NCBI GenBank assembly: GCA_011364925.1
Contig: RDOA01000025.1
Span: 1 to 49,261, forward strand
Length of the DNA stretch: 49,261 nucleotides
Source: Promethearchaeota archaeon
Lineage (GTDB): Archaea; Asgardarchaeota; Lokiarchaeia; Sigyniarchaeales; SOKP01
Direction: 5' to 3'
Part shown: piece after piece, positions 18,899 through 28,826 of the stretch
Layout: each line of letters starts with the position of its first letter
How positions within the stretch are numbered: the first letter of the stretch is position 1
Position numbers and translations under genes: made by a program
The notes under the pieces: model-generated
What the model was told of the DNA's origin: nothing
What the model saw: only the letters and a program-made list of their open reading frames with translations
Databases searched by the model: none

Positions 18899-19738
18899 AT
18901 GGCAATGGAAAATTTAGATCTTGACACGAAGATAGAATTAAATAATGGAGTAAAAATGCCCGTATTTGGTTTTGGGACTTTTCGTGCAAAATCTGGAAAA
19001 GAAACTTATAACTCTGTCTCTCACGCTTTAAATGTTGGTTATAGATTGATTGATACAGCTACCCGGTATAAGAATGAAAGTGATGTTGGGAAAGCAATAA
19101 ACGATTCTGGTATCTCTAGAGATGAGATTTTTGTAACTACTAAATTGTGGAATTCTGACCATGGGTATAGCTCTGCGTTAAAAGCGTTTGACACGAGTCT
19201 TAAAAAACTTGGTCTTAGTTACATCGATTTATATTTAATTCACTGGCCAGTAAAAGGGTTGAGAATGGATTCTTGGAGGGCTTTAAAAGAATTATTACAA
19301 AAGGAGCGATGTAGGGCTATAGGTGTGAGTAACTATACAATCAATCATATTAAAGAAATTACTGACGACGATGGAGTGATTCCAGCTGTCAACCAGGTAG
19401 AATTTAGTCCATATACATATCAGAAAGAGTTGTTAGATTTTTTAAATTCCAAAAACATTAAACTGGAAGCTTATAGTCCCTTAACTAAGGGTTTCAAATT
19501 GAAGGATCCGAAGCTTATCGAAATAGCTGAAAAATATTCTAAGTCTTCGGCTCAGATATTATTACGATGGGCTTTACAAAAAAGCATCATAGTGATTGTG
19601 AAATCCTCACACCCCCAGAGAATTGAGGAAAATGCAAATGTTTTTAATTTCCAAATTTCTTCTGATGATATGTTAATTTTAGATAGTTTTGACGAAAATC
19701 TTCGTACTGGTTGGGATCCCACTACTATGACATCTTAG
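18899..19738 (+). CDS. aldo/keto reductase (AKR5-like)
   Basis: LNNGVKMPVFGFGT, IDTA.RY.NE, TTKLW, DLYLIHWP, IGVSN, NQVE, AYSPL. Confidence 0.95.
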   Translation: MAMENLDLDTKIELNNGVKMPVFGFGTFRAKSGKETYNSVSHALNVGYRLIDTATRYKNESDVGKAINDSGISRDEIFVTTKLWNSDHGYSSALKAFDTSLKKLGLSYIDLYLIHWPVKGLRMDSWRALKELLQKERCRAIGVSNYTINHIKEITDDDGVIPAVNQVEFSPYTYQKELLDFLNSKNIKLEAYSPLTKGFKLKDPKLIEIAEKYSKSSAQILLRWALQKSIIVIVKSSHPQRIEENANVFNFQISSDDMLILDSFDENLRTGWDPTTMTS

Positions 19739-19918
19739 CTAGAAAAAGGCATAATTTACTTTTTAATTATTTAACATAAGGCGATAGCAGTCACAAATTA
19801 TAACTTCTTTAGTGCCCACTCAATTTTTGCATAGATTATTATGATAATGTTTAAATTACTTATTTGAACTTATTTTACACGAGATTTGTATAAATATTGT
19901 AAGGGAGATTAATTAAAA

Positions 19919-20080
19919 ATGAATGAAAAGAATGAAAAAATTATTGAAGTGGGATTTAAAAACGAATCTATTGAATCGTGTATAGATGTAAATGAAATCT
20001 TTAAATCTCTTGAAAATCCCGATATCAAAGAGAACCTTGATAAATGTTTAAATTCAAGCTCAAAACTCTTTACACATTAA
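19919..20080 (+). CDS. putative 53-aa small protein
   Basis: ATG 19919 to TAA 20080: MNEKNEKIIEVGFKNESIESCIDVNEIFKSLENPDIKENLDKCLNSSSKLFTH; AAGGGAG upstream; shorter than any ORF in the track. Confidence 0.4.
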   Translation: MNEKNEKIIEVGFKNESIESCIDVNEIFKSLENPDIKENLDKCLNSSSKLFTH

Positions 20081-20130
20081 TATGATTATATTGGTTTGAA
20101 AGCATAAAATAACAAATTTGTTGAATTCAA

Positions 20131-20352
20131 ATGACTGATATAAAAAAATGGGAAGGAGAAGATCACTGGGTCGAGGTTGACTTAGATCGATGCATAGGGG
20201 CAGCAGAGTGCATAGATGTATGTCCTGCAGAAGTGTATGAATTAGTAGATGGAAAAGTTATTGCCGAGAATATTGGTGAGTGCACTGATTGCATGGCGTG
20301 TTTAGATGTGTGTCCCACGAATGCGATTTTAAATCATTCAGCTTGGGAATAG
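20131..20352 (+). CDS. dicluster ferredoxin (probably 3Fe-4S/4Fe-4S)
   Basis: CIGAAECIDVCP (second Cys replaced by Ala) and CTDCMACLDVCP. Confidence 0.92.
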   Translation: MTDIKKWEGEDHWVEVDLDRCIGAAECIDVCPAEVYELVDGKVIAENIGECTDCMACLDVCPTNAILNHSAWE

Positions 20353-20540
20353 AGAATTTCGGCGTAATTCGTTCTTACTCTTCTCGTTGATTAAATTCTC
20401 TTAGGTCCATTTCAGTTTTAAAAATAACCAGTACCGTAACAGTTTTATACAAAATTGTCTTAGACCACTTAACGAAATCTATATAGAAAGATCTATCATG
20501 TAATTTAATTTGTCAAAAAAAATGAAAGGAGGAATATTCA

Positions 20541-20840
20541 ATGGCATATATTGTTGTCACAGGAAGCTTTCCAGCTCATGTTGGAAAGGAAGTTGGACAA
20601 ACCTTTCTAAAACTAGAGAAATTGCCTGATTTTGTAAAAACTGAACATGTATTTAACACTGCACGGGATGACTACGCTTTTTTTACGATTTACGAGATTG
20701 AAGATGAAAGTAGATACTTCGAGGGTTTAAAGGCAATTACTAAAAGATTCTCGGGATATATGAACATAAAGGGTTATAAATATACGCTCCATCCAGTTTT
20801 AGAAGCAAAAGACGCCCTAAGTATGATCGGACTAGGGTAA
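20541..20840 (+). CDS. small hypothetical protein
   Basis: 99 aa; strong SD AAGGAGG; T10 tract downstream. Confidence 0.75.
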   Translation: MAYIVVTGSFPAHVGKEVGQTFLKLEKLPDFVKTEHVFNTARDDYAFFTIYEIEDESRYFEGLKAITKRFSGYMNIKGYKYTLHPVLEAKDALSMIGLG

Positions 20841-20906
20841 AACAAAAATTTAATTCTTTTTTTTTTAGTTTAAAATAAACTTGGTTCTTCAAGATTTTCC
20901 ATATAT

Positions 20907-21848
20907 TTAGAATTTTAACTGAAACCAATTTAATAAACTCTGATTAAATTCGTACGTATTTTCCATATTTGATAAATGTCCCGCAGAAGGGATTATTGTC
21001 AAAGTTGCGTTTGATATAGCATTTTCCATCGTTTTTGCGATTTGTGGGGGAGTTATAGTATCATTCTCCCCAACCAATATTAGAACATTTACTTTTAAAC
21101 TTTCTAATACTTTAGAGGTATCGTTTCGACCTGCCATTCCACTTAATGCGTGTATAACTCCTAAAACTTTCTGATTTTTCATTATCTCTAGAATTTGGTT
21201 AGCGATTTTTACATTCTTCCTCTGCATGTTTTCAGAAATAACGCGTGAATGAAGAGTATCTAAAAAAGATTTTATTTGAGCATCTCGTTTGTATAACATT
21301 TTCAAAGTTATGTTAACTGATTTTTCGTTTGAATAAAAGTTCTGAGATGATTTCTCTAACATCGTTATAGTATTAAGCCTATTCTGTTTCTGATCTTCAT
21401 CGTCAGCATCGGGTTTTGTATCAATCAAAACTAAACCTTCAATGAGTTCGGGGTAATTTCTAATATACTCTAATGCGATATAGCCTCCCATAGAGCACCC
21501 TCCAAGGATGAGTCTTTGGATTTGAAAATAAGTCACAATGTCTTTTACAATTTCCACATAAGGCAAGAGATTTAATGGCTTTGAACTAAACGATTCGCTT
21601 TTTCCAAACCCAGGTAAATCAAGTAAGATTATCCTTATTATTCCTTTCTCTAAAGAAATCTCATTTAAAGTGTTAATAAAATTGTTGTCTTCAAAATTAT
21701 GAACATACATATCTGAATCAAAAGGAAATGCGTGGATAAAAATGAAATCACGAATATTTTCAAGAGAATTTTCAGATTTTTGAGGGAGAATAAGATACTT
21801 ACCTGATATTTTTAGTCCAGACTTTGTTGTATATTTAAAATTTTTCAT
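20907..21848 (-). CDS. alpha/beta hydrolase
   Basis: FIHAFP, DLPGFG, GCSMGG nucleophile elbow, GEND, AGHLSNME. Confidence 0.92.
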   Translation of the reverse strand: MKNFKYTTKSGLKISGKYLILPQKSENSLENIRDFIFIHAFPFDSDMYVHNFEDNNFINTLNEISLEKGIIRIILLDLPGFGKSESFSSKPLNLLPYVEIVKDIVTYFQIQRLILGGCSMGGYIALEYIRNYPELIEGLVLIDTKPDADDEDQKQNRLNTITMLEKSSQNFYSNEKSVNITLKMLYKRDAQIKSFLDTLHSRVISENMQRKNVKIANQILEIMKNQKVLGVIHALSGMAGRNDTSKVLESLKVNVLILVGENDTITPPQIAKTMENAISNATLTIIPSAGHLSNMENTYEFNQSLLNWFQLKF

Positions 21849-22046
21849 TCTTTATTCTTTTAATACTCCTATTAATGCTGATGTAAATAAATAGTATAGG
21901 TCTCTATTTATTCAATTTGGCTATAAAATCTAGAAATTTTAGTAATTAAATCTATAATCTAATCAATTGCTTTTTTTATTTATCGTACCTTGTAATTTTC
22001 TAAATTGAACCGAATTGTTTTATTTGAATAAGATATTTGATATACC

Positions 22047-23426
22047 ATGGAACTCTCGGAAGATGATCTCAAAAATAGAACTATGAAAGTCTCAATCGCA
22101 GAGGGCTCTTTCGGAGTTTTAAGTAGCATGTTATCAGATAATTATATTATTCCCTTTGCGCTTAGCCTTAATTCAAGTCCTTTTCAGATTGGTATTTTGT
22201 CATCGCTCGGAAATTTAGTATCTCCTATAGGTCAAATTGTTGGATCTTATAGGATCGAATCATCTTCGAGAAAATCAATTTTATTAAGTGGAGTTACTGG
22301 AATGGCTGCTATTTGGCCACTCTATATTATTTTAGCCTTACTCTTTCAAGCTCAAATGATTCATCTGCTTATTCCTTGGTTGCTAATGAGTGTATACTTA
22401 ATTTACATGTTTTTTTCGGGAATTATGAGCCCCGCTTGGTTTTCTGTAATGGGTGATACTGTTCCTGAAAATTATAGAGGTAGATATTTTGCGAAACGTA
22501 ATCTTATAACAATCACAATTGCGCTCGCAGGAATTTTAATTTTATCTTATACATTGGACTGGTTTGATCTCCAAGGAACGATTTTCTTTGGATTTATTCT
22601 TATTTTTCTCGTAGGATTTTCAACACGCATAATATCTGTGTTCCTTTTTACAAAACATTATAATCCTCCATTCTACCTTGAAGCTGGGGACCATGTCAAG
22701 TTTGTTCAAATTATCAAAGAAATCCCTAAAACCAATTTTGGGAAATTCACACTCTTCGTCTCGTTAATAATGCTTGGACAATGGATTGCCCAACCTTTTT
22801 ATGCAATCTATTTGATTAACGATTTGCAACTAAATTATTCCATCTTCATTCTCATTAACATCTTTCCCTCCGTAATCTCACTATTTTTTTTTCCATTACT
22901 AGGAAAGCTTTGCGATAAATTTGGAAACGTGAAAATGCTCCAACTAGGGAGCGTCATCATCCCCATCTTACCAATTTTATGGATCATGTTTAATGCTCCA
23001 ATCGGAATCCTTCTTGTTCCTCAACTTCTAAATGGTATTGGATGGACAGCCTTTAATTTAGCTTGCTCGAATTTTATTTATGATAACATTCCTACAAAAA
23101 AAATTGGCATGTATATTGCATTTTATAACTCCTTATTAGGTATCTCTATTATAGTAGGTGGCTTGATAGGAAGCATGCTTGTGACATATATTCCTGTCAC
23201 CTTTATGAACACCTTCCATTTTATCTTTTTAATATCTGGGATCACGAGAATTGGGATAGTGATCTTTTTATTACCCAAGATAAAAGAAGTTCGCGTTACT
23301 ACCAAACCGATAATTAATTTGAAAAACATGACTGTCTATCGCTGGCTTTACGATTTAACTCTTCGAAATCATTCAAAAAGAAGGAAAAGAGTAATATCTG
23401 AAATAGAAAAAAAGGAAACAAAGTAA
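22047..23426 (+). CDS. MFS transporter
   Basis: About 12 TM segments; VPENYRGRYFAKRN, GKLCDKFGN. Confidence 0.88.
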   Translation: MELSEDDLKNRTMKVSIAEGSFGVLSSMLSDNYIIPFALSLNSSPFQIGILSSLGNLVSPIGQIVGSYRIESSSRKSILLSGVTGMAAIWPLYIILALLFQAQMIHLLIPWLLMSVYLIYMFFSGIMSPAWFSVMGDTVPENYRGRYFAKRNLITITIALAGILILSYTLDWFDLQGTIFFGFILIFLVGFSTRIISVFLFTKHYNPPFYLEAGDHVKFVQIIKEIPKTNFGKFTLFVSLIMLGQWIAQPFYAIYLINDLQLNYSIFILINIFPSVISLFFFPLLGKLCDKFGNVKMLQLGSVIIPILPILWIMFNAPIGILLVPQLLNGIGWTAFNLACSNFIYDNIPTKKIGMYIAFYNSLLGISIIVGGLIGSMLVTYIPVTFMNTFHFIFLISGITRIGIVIFLLPKIKEVRVTTKPIINLKNMTVYRWLYDLTLRNHSKRRKRVISEIEKKETK

Positions 23427-23479
23427 TTATAGATTAAAACAAATAGGCGATAAAATTACTTATTAACTATGGTATTAAG

Positions 23480-24412
23480 CTATACTTTTTTTAGCACAAA
23501 GTATAAAACTCCCAGTTCACCAGTTATAGATTCTTGCTCAGGGATTATTTCGTAATCTTGGTTAAAAATCCCTACAATTTCAAATCCACCTAATCGGGCG
23601 AATTCCTTGAATTCTGTATAAATCCATAATCTGAGTTCGTGTTTTTCTTCGACAACAATTTGGTTTCCGTTGTCGTTAACGACCATTCTAAAATCGATAT
23701 TTCGTAATTTTTTATTCACATCGTAATTTCTAACAACCCAACTTAAATTTATCTCAATGTGATCTGCCTTTACGCACCAAGTTTCATCGACTCTCTTCTC
23801 ATTTTTTATGTCATTACATTTGCAGCTAATTTCAACTATATATATACCCCCCTTGCTTAATGCTTCACTCATCGATTTGAAATGTGAGATTATCTCTTGA
23901 TCAGTTTTTAAATATCCTAAACTATTGATGCAAACATAAGCCGCATCAAATTTCTGATCAAATTTGAAAGATTTCATGTTAGCAATTACAGCATAAGCTT
24001 TAGTTAGCGAGATTCCATGTTCTTTCAGTCTTTTGTTAGAATATTTAACCATCGCTGGATTTAAGTCAAATCCCAGCACTTTATATCCTCCTGTAGCCAT
24101 TTTTTCTAAAAATAATCCCGGACCACATGCGGCTTCTAACACTTGAGTTACCGCGCGATCACCATAATTCTGAAAACATCTAATAAAGAAATCTATATCT
24201 CCTTTTGTTTCCCGCATGAACGCTAAATCATAGTATTTTGCTAAATTATAAAAATTGTGTTGAGGTTCCGCAATTATATCAGAATTTTCGCTTGAATTAT
24301 GGAAATAGAGATTTTCAACTAGTGTTCCACACTTTGAAGTAATATTTTCTTCCCGTTTATGTAAAGAATTTATTGATACTTGATTTTTTCCAAGATTTAA
24401 ATCATTAATCAT
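23480..24412 (-). CDS. class I SAM-dependent methyltransferase
   Basis: LAKYYD, VLEAACGPG, GFDLN, FDAAY. Start moved to ATG 24412 because SD GGAGGT lies at 24420-24425. Confidence 0.88.
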   Translation of the reverse strand: MINDLNLGKNQVSINSLHKREENITSKCGTLVENLYFHNSSENSDIIAEPQHNFYNLAKYYDLAFMRETKGDIDFFIRCFQNYGDRAVTQVLEAACGPGLFLEKMATGGYKVLGFDLNPAMVKYSNKRLKEHGISLTKAYAVIANMKSFKFDQKFDAAYVCINSLGYLKTDQEIISHFKSMSEALSKGGIYIVEISCKCNDIKNEKRVDETWCVKADHIEINLSWVVRNYDVNKKLRNIDFRMVVNDNGNQIVVEEKHELRLWIYTEFKEFARLGGFEIVGIFNQDYEIIPEQESITGELGVLYFVLKKV

Positions 24413-24667
24413 TTTAATTACCTCCAATATAAACATTTTTGACTACTTATCTTTCCTTATCTATAAAATAAGCAAATTAGATTTAAAAATACAAATCTGT
24501 TTCTAAGGAAATTTTCATTTCCAACTTAACCCTTTAATTAAAACAAGTTTTATTAAGATTATGTTAGTTAACTCTGATATTAAAGCTTTTCTAAATTGTT
24601 AAGATTATTAATTATAGAACATATTCATTAAAATTTAAAAGAAAAATCAATTAATCTAAGATAGATT

Positions 24668-26434
24668 ATGTCGGATATGTCGAGAGAACTAGAAAATGTA
24701 AAAAAAAGGGTAAGTTCGGGCTATGGAATAGCAAGGTTTTTGCACGAACACGGTATAAAACACGTATTTGGCGTTCCAGATGGTCGAACTTTGGGATTTT
24801 ACGACGGATTATTAGCAGTAGAGGGCATTGATCACGTACTCTTGAATGACGAGCGTAGTGCTGCGTTTGCTGCTGACGCGTATTCAAGAATAACGGGATT
24901 AGTTGGCGTATGCGACGCTGGAGCAGCAGGCGCGATGAATTTTCCAATCGCTCTCGCAGAGGCTAAAGGTTCTGCATCGTCAGTTTTAGCGATTGTAGGA
25001 GTAGTTAAGGCAGATGACATGTTAAAAAATATCCCACACGACATTAAAGTTGCTGAAACTTTAGAGCCAGTAACTAAGTGGACTGGAAAAGTTCTGACTT
25101 CTAATCATTTACCAAGATTTTTAAATTATGCGATTAAAATGGCTGTGAACGGAAAGCCAGGACCAGTAGCTTTAGTTATAGCTGAAGACGCTATAACTTC
25201 TTCAGACATTAAGTTAAAAGAATTCATCCCGAGAACAAGTGGATCCTGCTCGATTAATAGTTGTAGAACAGCTCCGGCTACAAACGAGATCGAGGACGCT
25301 GTAAGGCTTATCCAGCGTTCGAAGCAACCAGCAATTTATTGTGGAGGGGGCGCTATACTTTCTGGAGCCTCTCAAGAAGTGAAACAGTTAAGCGAGATGT
25401 TAATAACACCTGTGTTTTCAACGATATCAGGGAAGGGAATTATGCCCTCTAATGGTGATACTGCCAATAATTTATATTTCGGGACAATTGGACTTTTTGG
25501 AGAAAGTCCAAATCATAAATTCGTTCGAAGAAGAGCTGATTTGCTTATTGTAGTTGGTAATCGATTAACCGAGGATGATACAGCAAATTTTAAAGTACCA
25601 ACTCAAAAGACTGAAATGATTCAAATAGACGTTGATTCTGCTGAGATCGGCTTATCGTACCATCCGTTTGGAGTTGTAGGAGATCCAAAAGTAGCTCTAT
25701 ACGAATTTATTAAAAATCTCTCTAAGTATGGAATTACCAGTTTTGAAAATGAGGATGAAATATTAAGAACAAGGAAACAGAATATTGAAGAATTACGAGA
25801 GAACCATAAAACTTATAGAGCTGAGGACCTAACTTTATGGATGGATAAAGAACCAATCAAACCGCAAAGAGTTTTGAAAGCAATTTCAGATAATTTTACT
25901 AAAAACGATTACTTGGTAACGGATGCGAGTGCGAGCGCAAGATGGATCGGAGCTTATTTTCCGGTAAAAGGTGTAGGGAGGAAAATTATTACTCCAAGAG
26001 GAGTTGGACCCACCGGATTTGGAGTTGGTGCGCTCATAGGAACCTGTATTGCAGCAGATTTATTTACAAATAGTTCTAATAAACCTAAGAAAGTGCTTTT
26101 TACTGGAGATGGAGGTTTAATGAATGGAGGTATTAGCGAATTTGAAACAATAAAAAAATTAGATTTGGACTGCACTATTGTCGTAATTAATAATTCTTCA
26201 CTTGGATTTGTGAAATTTGGTCAAGCAATGCTTTACGATAAAAGGTATTACGATACTGATCGCCCTCAGACTAATTTTGCTCGTTTAACGGAAGCTTTTG
26301 GTGGCACAGGATTTCGCGTAGAGAAGTTAGGTCAATTGGATTCTACTATAAAACAAGCCATAAAATCTGAAGGTTTTAACCTTGTAGATGTTGTTGTTGA
26401 TCCTTTAGAGTTATTACCTCCTAATTTCTACTAA
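24668..26434 (+). CDS. thiamine-diphosphate-dependent enzyme, acetolactate synthase large-subunit-like
   Basis: VFGVP, DERSAAFAADAYSR, GKPGPV, GDGG...NNSSLG ThDP motif. Confidence 0.9.
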   Translation: MSDMSRELENVKKRVSSGYGIARFLHEHGIKHVFGVPDGRTLGFYDGLLAVEGIDHVLLNDERSAAFAADAYSRITGLVGVCDAGAAGAMNFPIALAEAKGSASSVLAIVGVVKADDMLKNIPHDIKVAETLEPVTKWTGKVLTSNHLPRFLNYAIKMAVNGKPGPVALVIAEDAITSSDIKLKEFIPRTSGSCSINSCRTAPATNEIEDAVRLIQRSKQPAIYCGGGAILSGASQEVKQLSEMLITPVFSTISGKGIMPSNGDTANNLYFGTIGLFGESPNHKFVRRRADLLIVVGNRLTEDDTANFKVPTQKTEMIQIDVDSAEIGLSYHPFGVVGDPKVALYEFIKNLSKYGITSFENEDEILRTRKQNIEELRENHKTYRAEDLTLWMDKEPIKPQRVLKAISDNFTKNDYLVTDASASARWIGAYFPVKGVGRKIITPRGVGPTGFGVGALIGTCIAADLFTNSSNKPKKVLFTGDGGLMNGGISEFETIKKLDLDCTIVVINNSSLGFVKFGQAMLYDKRYYDTDRPQTNFARLTEAFGGTGFRVEKLGQLDSTIKQAIKSEGFNLVDVVVDPLELLPPNFY

Positions 26435-26514
26435 ATCTATAATTCAAAAAAAGTTAATCCCACTATCATTTTATAAGACTTATCTTTTTATATTACTTAA
26501 TCTCAATAATAGCT

Positions 26515-27330
26515 ATGTCTTCAAGTGTATCAGTTCCTCAATCAGACTATAATTGGAAAATCTCAGTGCTATATGTCGCAATTTCATATGCTGTTACTTG
26601 GAGCATTCTCTTTCCTCTTAGTATGGTATTTAATGAATTAAATACAATAGACCGTGAAATCTGGCATTCTCTCGGCTCAATAGGTCCCTCGGTAGGGGGA
26701 ATTATCTCTCTTTATGTCGTAAAGAAAAAAGAAGGATTAAAAATCTTAAAAGAGAGATTGAGTAAATTTTCAGGGACGAGTTTAATGATTATTCCATTCG
26801 CACCCTTAATTATTCTGCTAATTGCGCTAATCTTTGAATATGTATTCGGATTTTTTAATCTTTTCACATTTTTCCAACAAAATTCTATATTTGATTTACT
26901 CTCATTAATAGTATTCATTTTACCAAGTCTCTGCTATGGATTTTTTGAAGAAATCGGTTGGCGGGGATTTTTTTTACCCCAATTGCAGGGAAAATTTAGC
27001 GCATTTAAATCAACCCTAATCCTAACAATAATCTGGTGGTTTTGGCATTTTCCTGCGTTCTTTTATCGATTTGATTTGATTTTCGCTTTCGTGTTCATGT
27101 TGCCGTTGATGTTGACAGGGTCAATCGTATTCACCTACCTATTTAATCAATCTCGAGGGAGCCTTCTAATGGTAATTCTTTTACACATTTTTTACGATAT
27201 TGTGAGTTCACACGATATTTCATTAGTAGCAACGATCCTAGTGAGCGTATTTTTTATTTGCATGGACGTAAGAATCTTCAAGAAATATGGTATAACACAC
27301 TTTTCCACATTTGAACGAGTAATTTTATAG
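26515..27330 (+). CDS. CPBP (Abi/CAAX protease-like) intramembrane glutamic endopeptidase
   Basis: EEIGWRG, WHFP, HIFYD motifs; multiple TM segments. Confidence 0.92.
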   Translation: MSSSVSVPQSDYNWKISVLYVAISYAVTWSILFPLSMVFNELNTIDREIWHSLGSIGPSVGGIISLYVVKKKEGLKILKERLSKFSGTSLMIIPFAPLIILLIALIFEYVFGFFNLFTFFQQNSIFDLLSLIVFILPSLCYGFFEEIGWRGFFLPQLQGKFSAFKSTLILTIIWWFWHFPAFFYRFDLIFAFVFMLPLMLTGSIVFTYLFNQSRGSLLMVILLHIFYDIVSSHDISLVATILVSVFFICMDVRIFKKYGITHFSTFERVIL

Positions 27331-27416
27331 GAATTTGGAAAAGTATAAAGATTAATGAATTTTTTATATAGAAGTATAATCATTTAATTTTAATAATACT
27401 TATACTAATTTCTATC

Positions 27417-28787
27417 ATGGAGAAAAAAACAAAAGAACAGCTTCTAAACAAAACAAAAATCCCAGGAATAAATGCCATTCGAATGCATAAATTTTACAGA
27501 GGAAAAATTCAAGTTATCCCTCGATGTCAAATTCGGGATTTCAACGATTTTGGAATCTGGTATTCTCCCGGTGTAGCCGCAGCTTCGTCTGAAATCTTTC
27601 ACGATGCTTCAAAAGTATACGATTACACAAGCAAATGGAATTTAGTTGCTGTTGTCAGCGACGGAAGTAGAGTTTTAGGATTAGGTAACATTGGTCCTGA
27701 AGCAGCAATGCCAGTAATGGAAGGTAAAGCGCTGCTTTTTAAATATTTAGGCGGAGTTGACGCATTTCCACTATGCATCGGTCAAAAAGGATGTTGTGAA
27801 GCTGAAGACATTATAAATTTTGTAAAAATGGTTCAACCTACATTTGGAGGTATAAACTTAGAAGATATTAGTAACCCGAAATGCTTTACTGTTTTGGATA
27901 AATTACGTAGCGATCCAGAGGTGAATATACCTGTTTGGCACGACGACCAACAGGGAACAGCTAGTGTAACTTTAGCGGGTTTAATTAATTCCCTCCGAAT
28001 TGTTGGAAAGAAAAAAGATCAAATTAAAATCGTGTTTAACGGAATAGGAGCTGCTAATTTTAGGACTTATCGTTTATTAAAAGCAGATGGTTTTAACATT
28101 TCGAACTCAATATTTGTGGATAGTAAAGGAATCTTGTACAAGGAGCGATCAGATCTACAAAGTCCCCAAAATTATAAATATGAAGTCGCTGAAATAAGCA
28201 ATCCTGAACATGTGAGGGGAGACTGCGGTATAGCATTAGAGGGTGCAGATGTTCTCATCTCTTCAAGCATTCCTGGACCAAATATTATGAAGAAGGAATG
28301 GATTTCAAAAATGGCGGACGATGCAATCGTATTTGCTTTAGCTAATCCCATACCAGAAATTTTTCCATGGGATGCTAAAGAAGCTGGAGCTAGGATCGTT
28401 GCAACAGGTCGCTCTGACTTTCCTAATCAAGTAAATAATTCACTATGTTTTCCAGGGGTGTTTAGAGGAACATTAGATGTACGTGCTACTACCATCACTG
28501 ATGAGATGTGTATTGCTGCATCGTATTCTCTCGCAGACTTAGTAGGTGAAATCCAAGGTTGCTTTGTAGATGAATGTATTCTCCCCACTATGCAATACGA
28601 AAATGCGTTTATTAAGCAAGCTGTTGCTGTAGGATTAAAAGCAATTGAACAAGGAATCGCTAGAACAAAACTCTCTGAAGACGAATTGCGTTCCAAATCT
28701 GAAGAAGTGATAAATACTTCTCAAGAACAATTTAAATTGTTAATGAGAAAAGGATATATACCTAAATTCACTGATTACGAGAAATAG
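27417..28787 (+). CDS. NAD(P)-dependent malic enzyme
   Basis: YSPGVA, DGSRVLGLGNIG, VMEGKALLFK, INLEDI, HDDQQGT, ANPIPE, ATGRSDFPNQVNN. Confidence 0.96.
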   Translation: MEKKTKEQLLNKTKIPGINAIRMHKFYRGKIQVIPRCQIRDFNDFGIWYSPGVAAASSEIFHDASKVYDYTSKWNLVAVVSDGSRVLGLGNIGPEAAMPVMEGKALLFKYLGGVDAFPLCIGQKGCCEAEDIINFVKMVQPTFGGINLEDISNPKCFTVLDKLRSDPEVNIPVWHDDQQGTASVTLAGLINSLRIVGKKKDQIKIVFNGIGAANFRTYRLLKADGFNISNSIFVDSKGILYKERSDLQSPQNYKYEVAEISNPEHVRGDCGIALEGADVLISSSIPGPNIMKKEWISKMADDAIVFALANPIPEIFPWDAKEAGARIVATGRSDFPNQVNNSLCFPGVFRGTLDVRATTITDEMCIAASYSLADLVGEIQGCFVDECILPTMQYENAFIKQAVAVGLKAIEQGIARTKLSEDELRSKSEEVINTSQEQFKLLMRKGYIPKFTDYEK

Positions 28788-28826
28788 GTTGGTAATTTTA
28801 TTTATTGAATTTAGATATAGTAAGTA

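Noticed and set aside
20907-21848. Alpha/beta hydrolase as a pheophytinase/chlorophyllase completing an SGR pathway
   Set aside because: It has only generic hydrolase motifs, is not adjacent to SGR and shows no specific evidence.
21886-21912. Inverted repeat AATAAATAG-N9-CTATTTATT in a divergent promoter; also TCATCC-CTA-GGATGA at 2398-2412
   Set aside because: These are short or very AT-rich and are plausible by chance in this base composition.
24668-26434. ThDP enzyme as sulfoacetaldehyde acetyltransferase partnering WOR5
   Set aside because: It lies 19 kb from the WOR5-like genes, and I cannot recognise any Xsc-specific signature.
26515-27330. CPBP protease as the sortase for the nearby IPGY-tailed proteins
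   Set aside because: It is 4.4 kb away with unrelated genes in between. CPBP-processed sorting signals known to me carry a Cys, whereas IPGY resembles the archaeosortase PGF signal.
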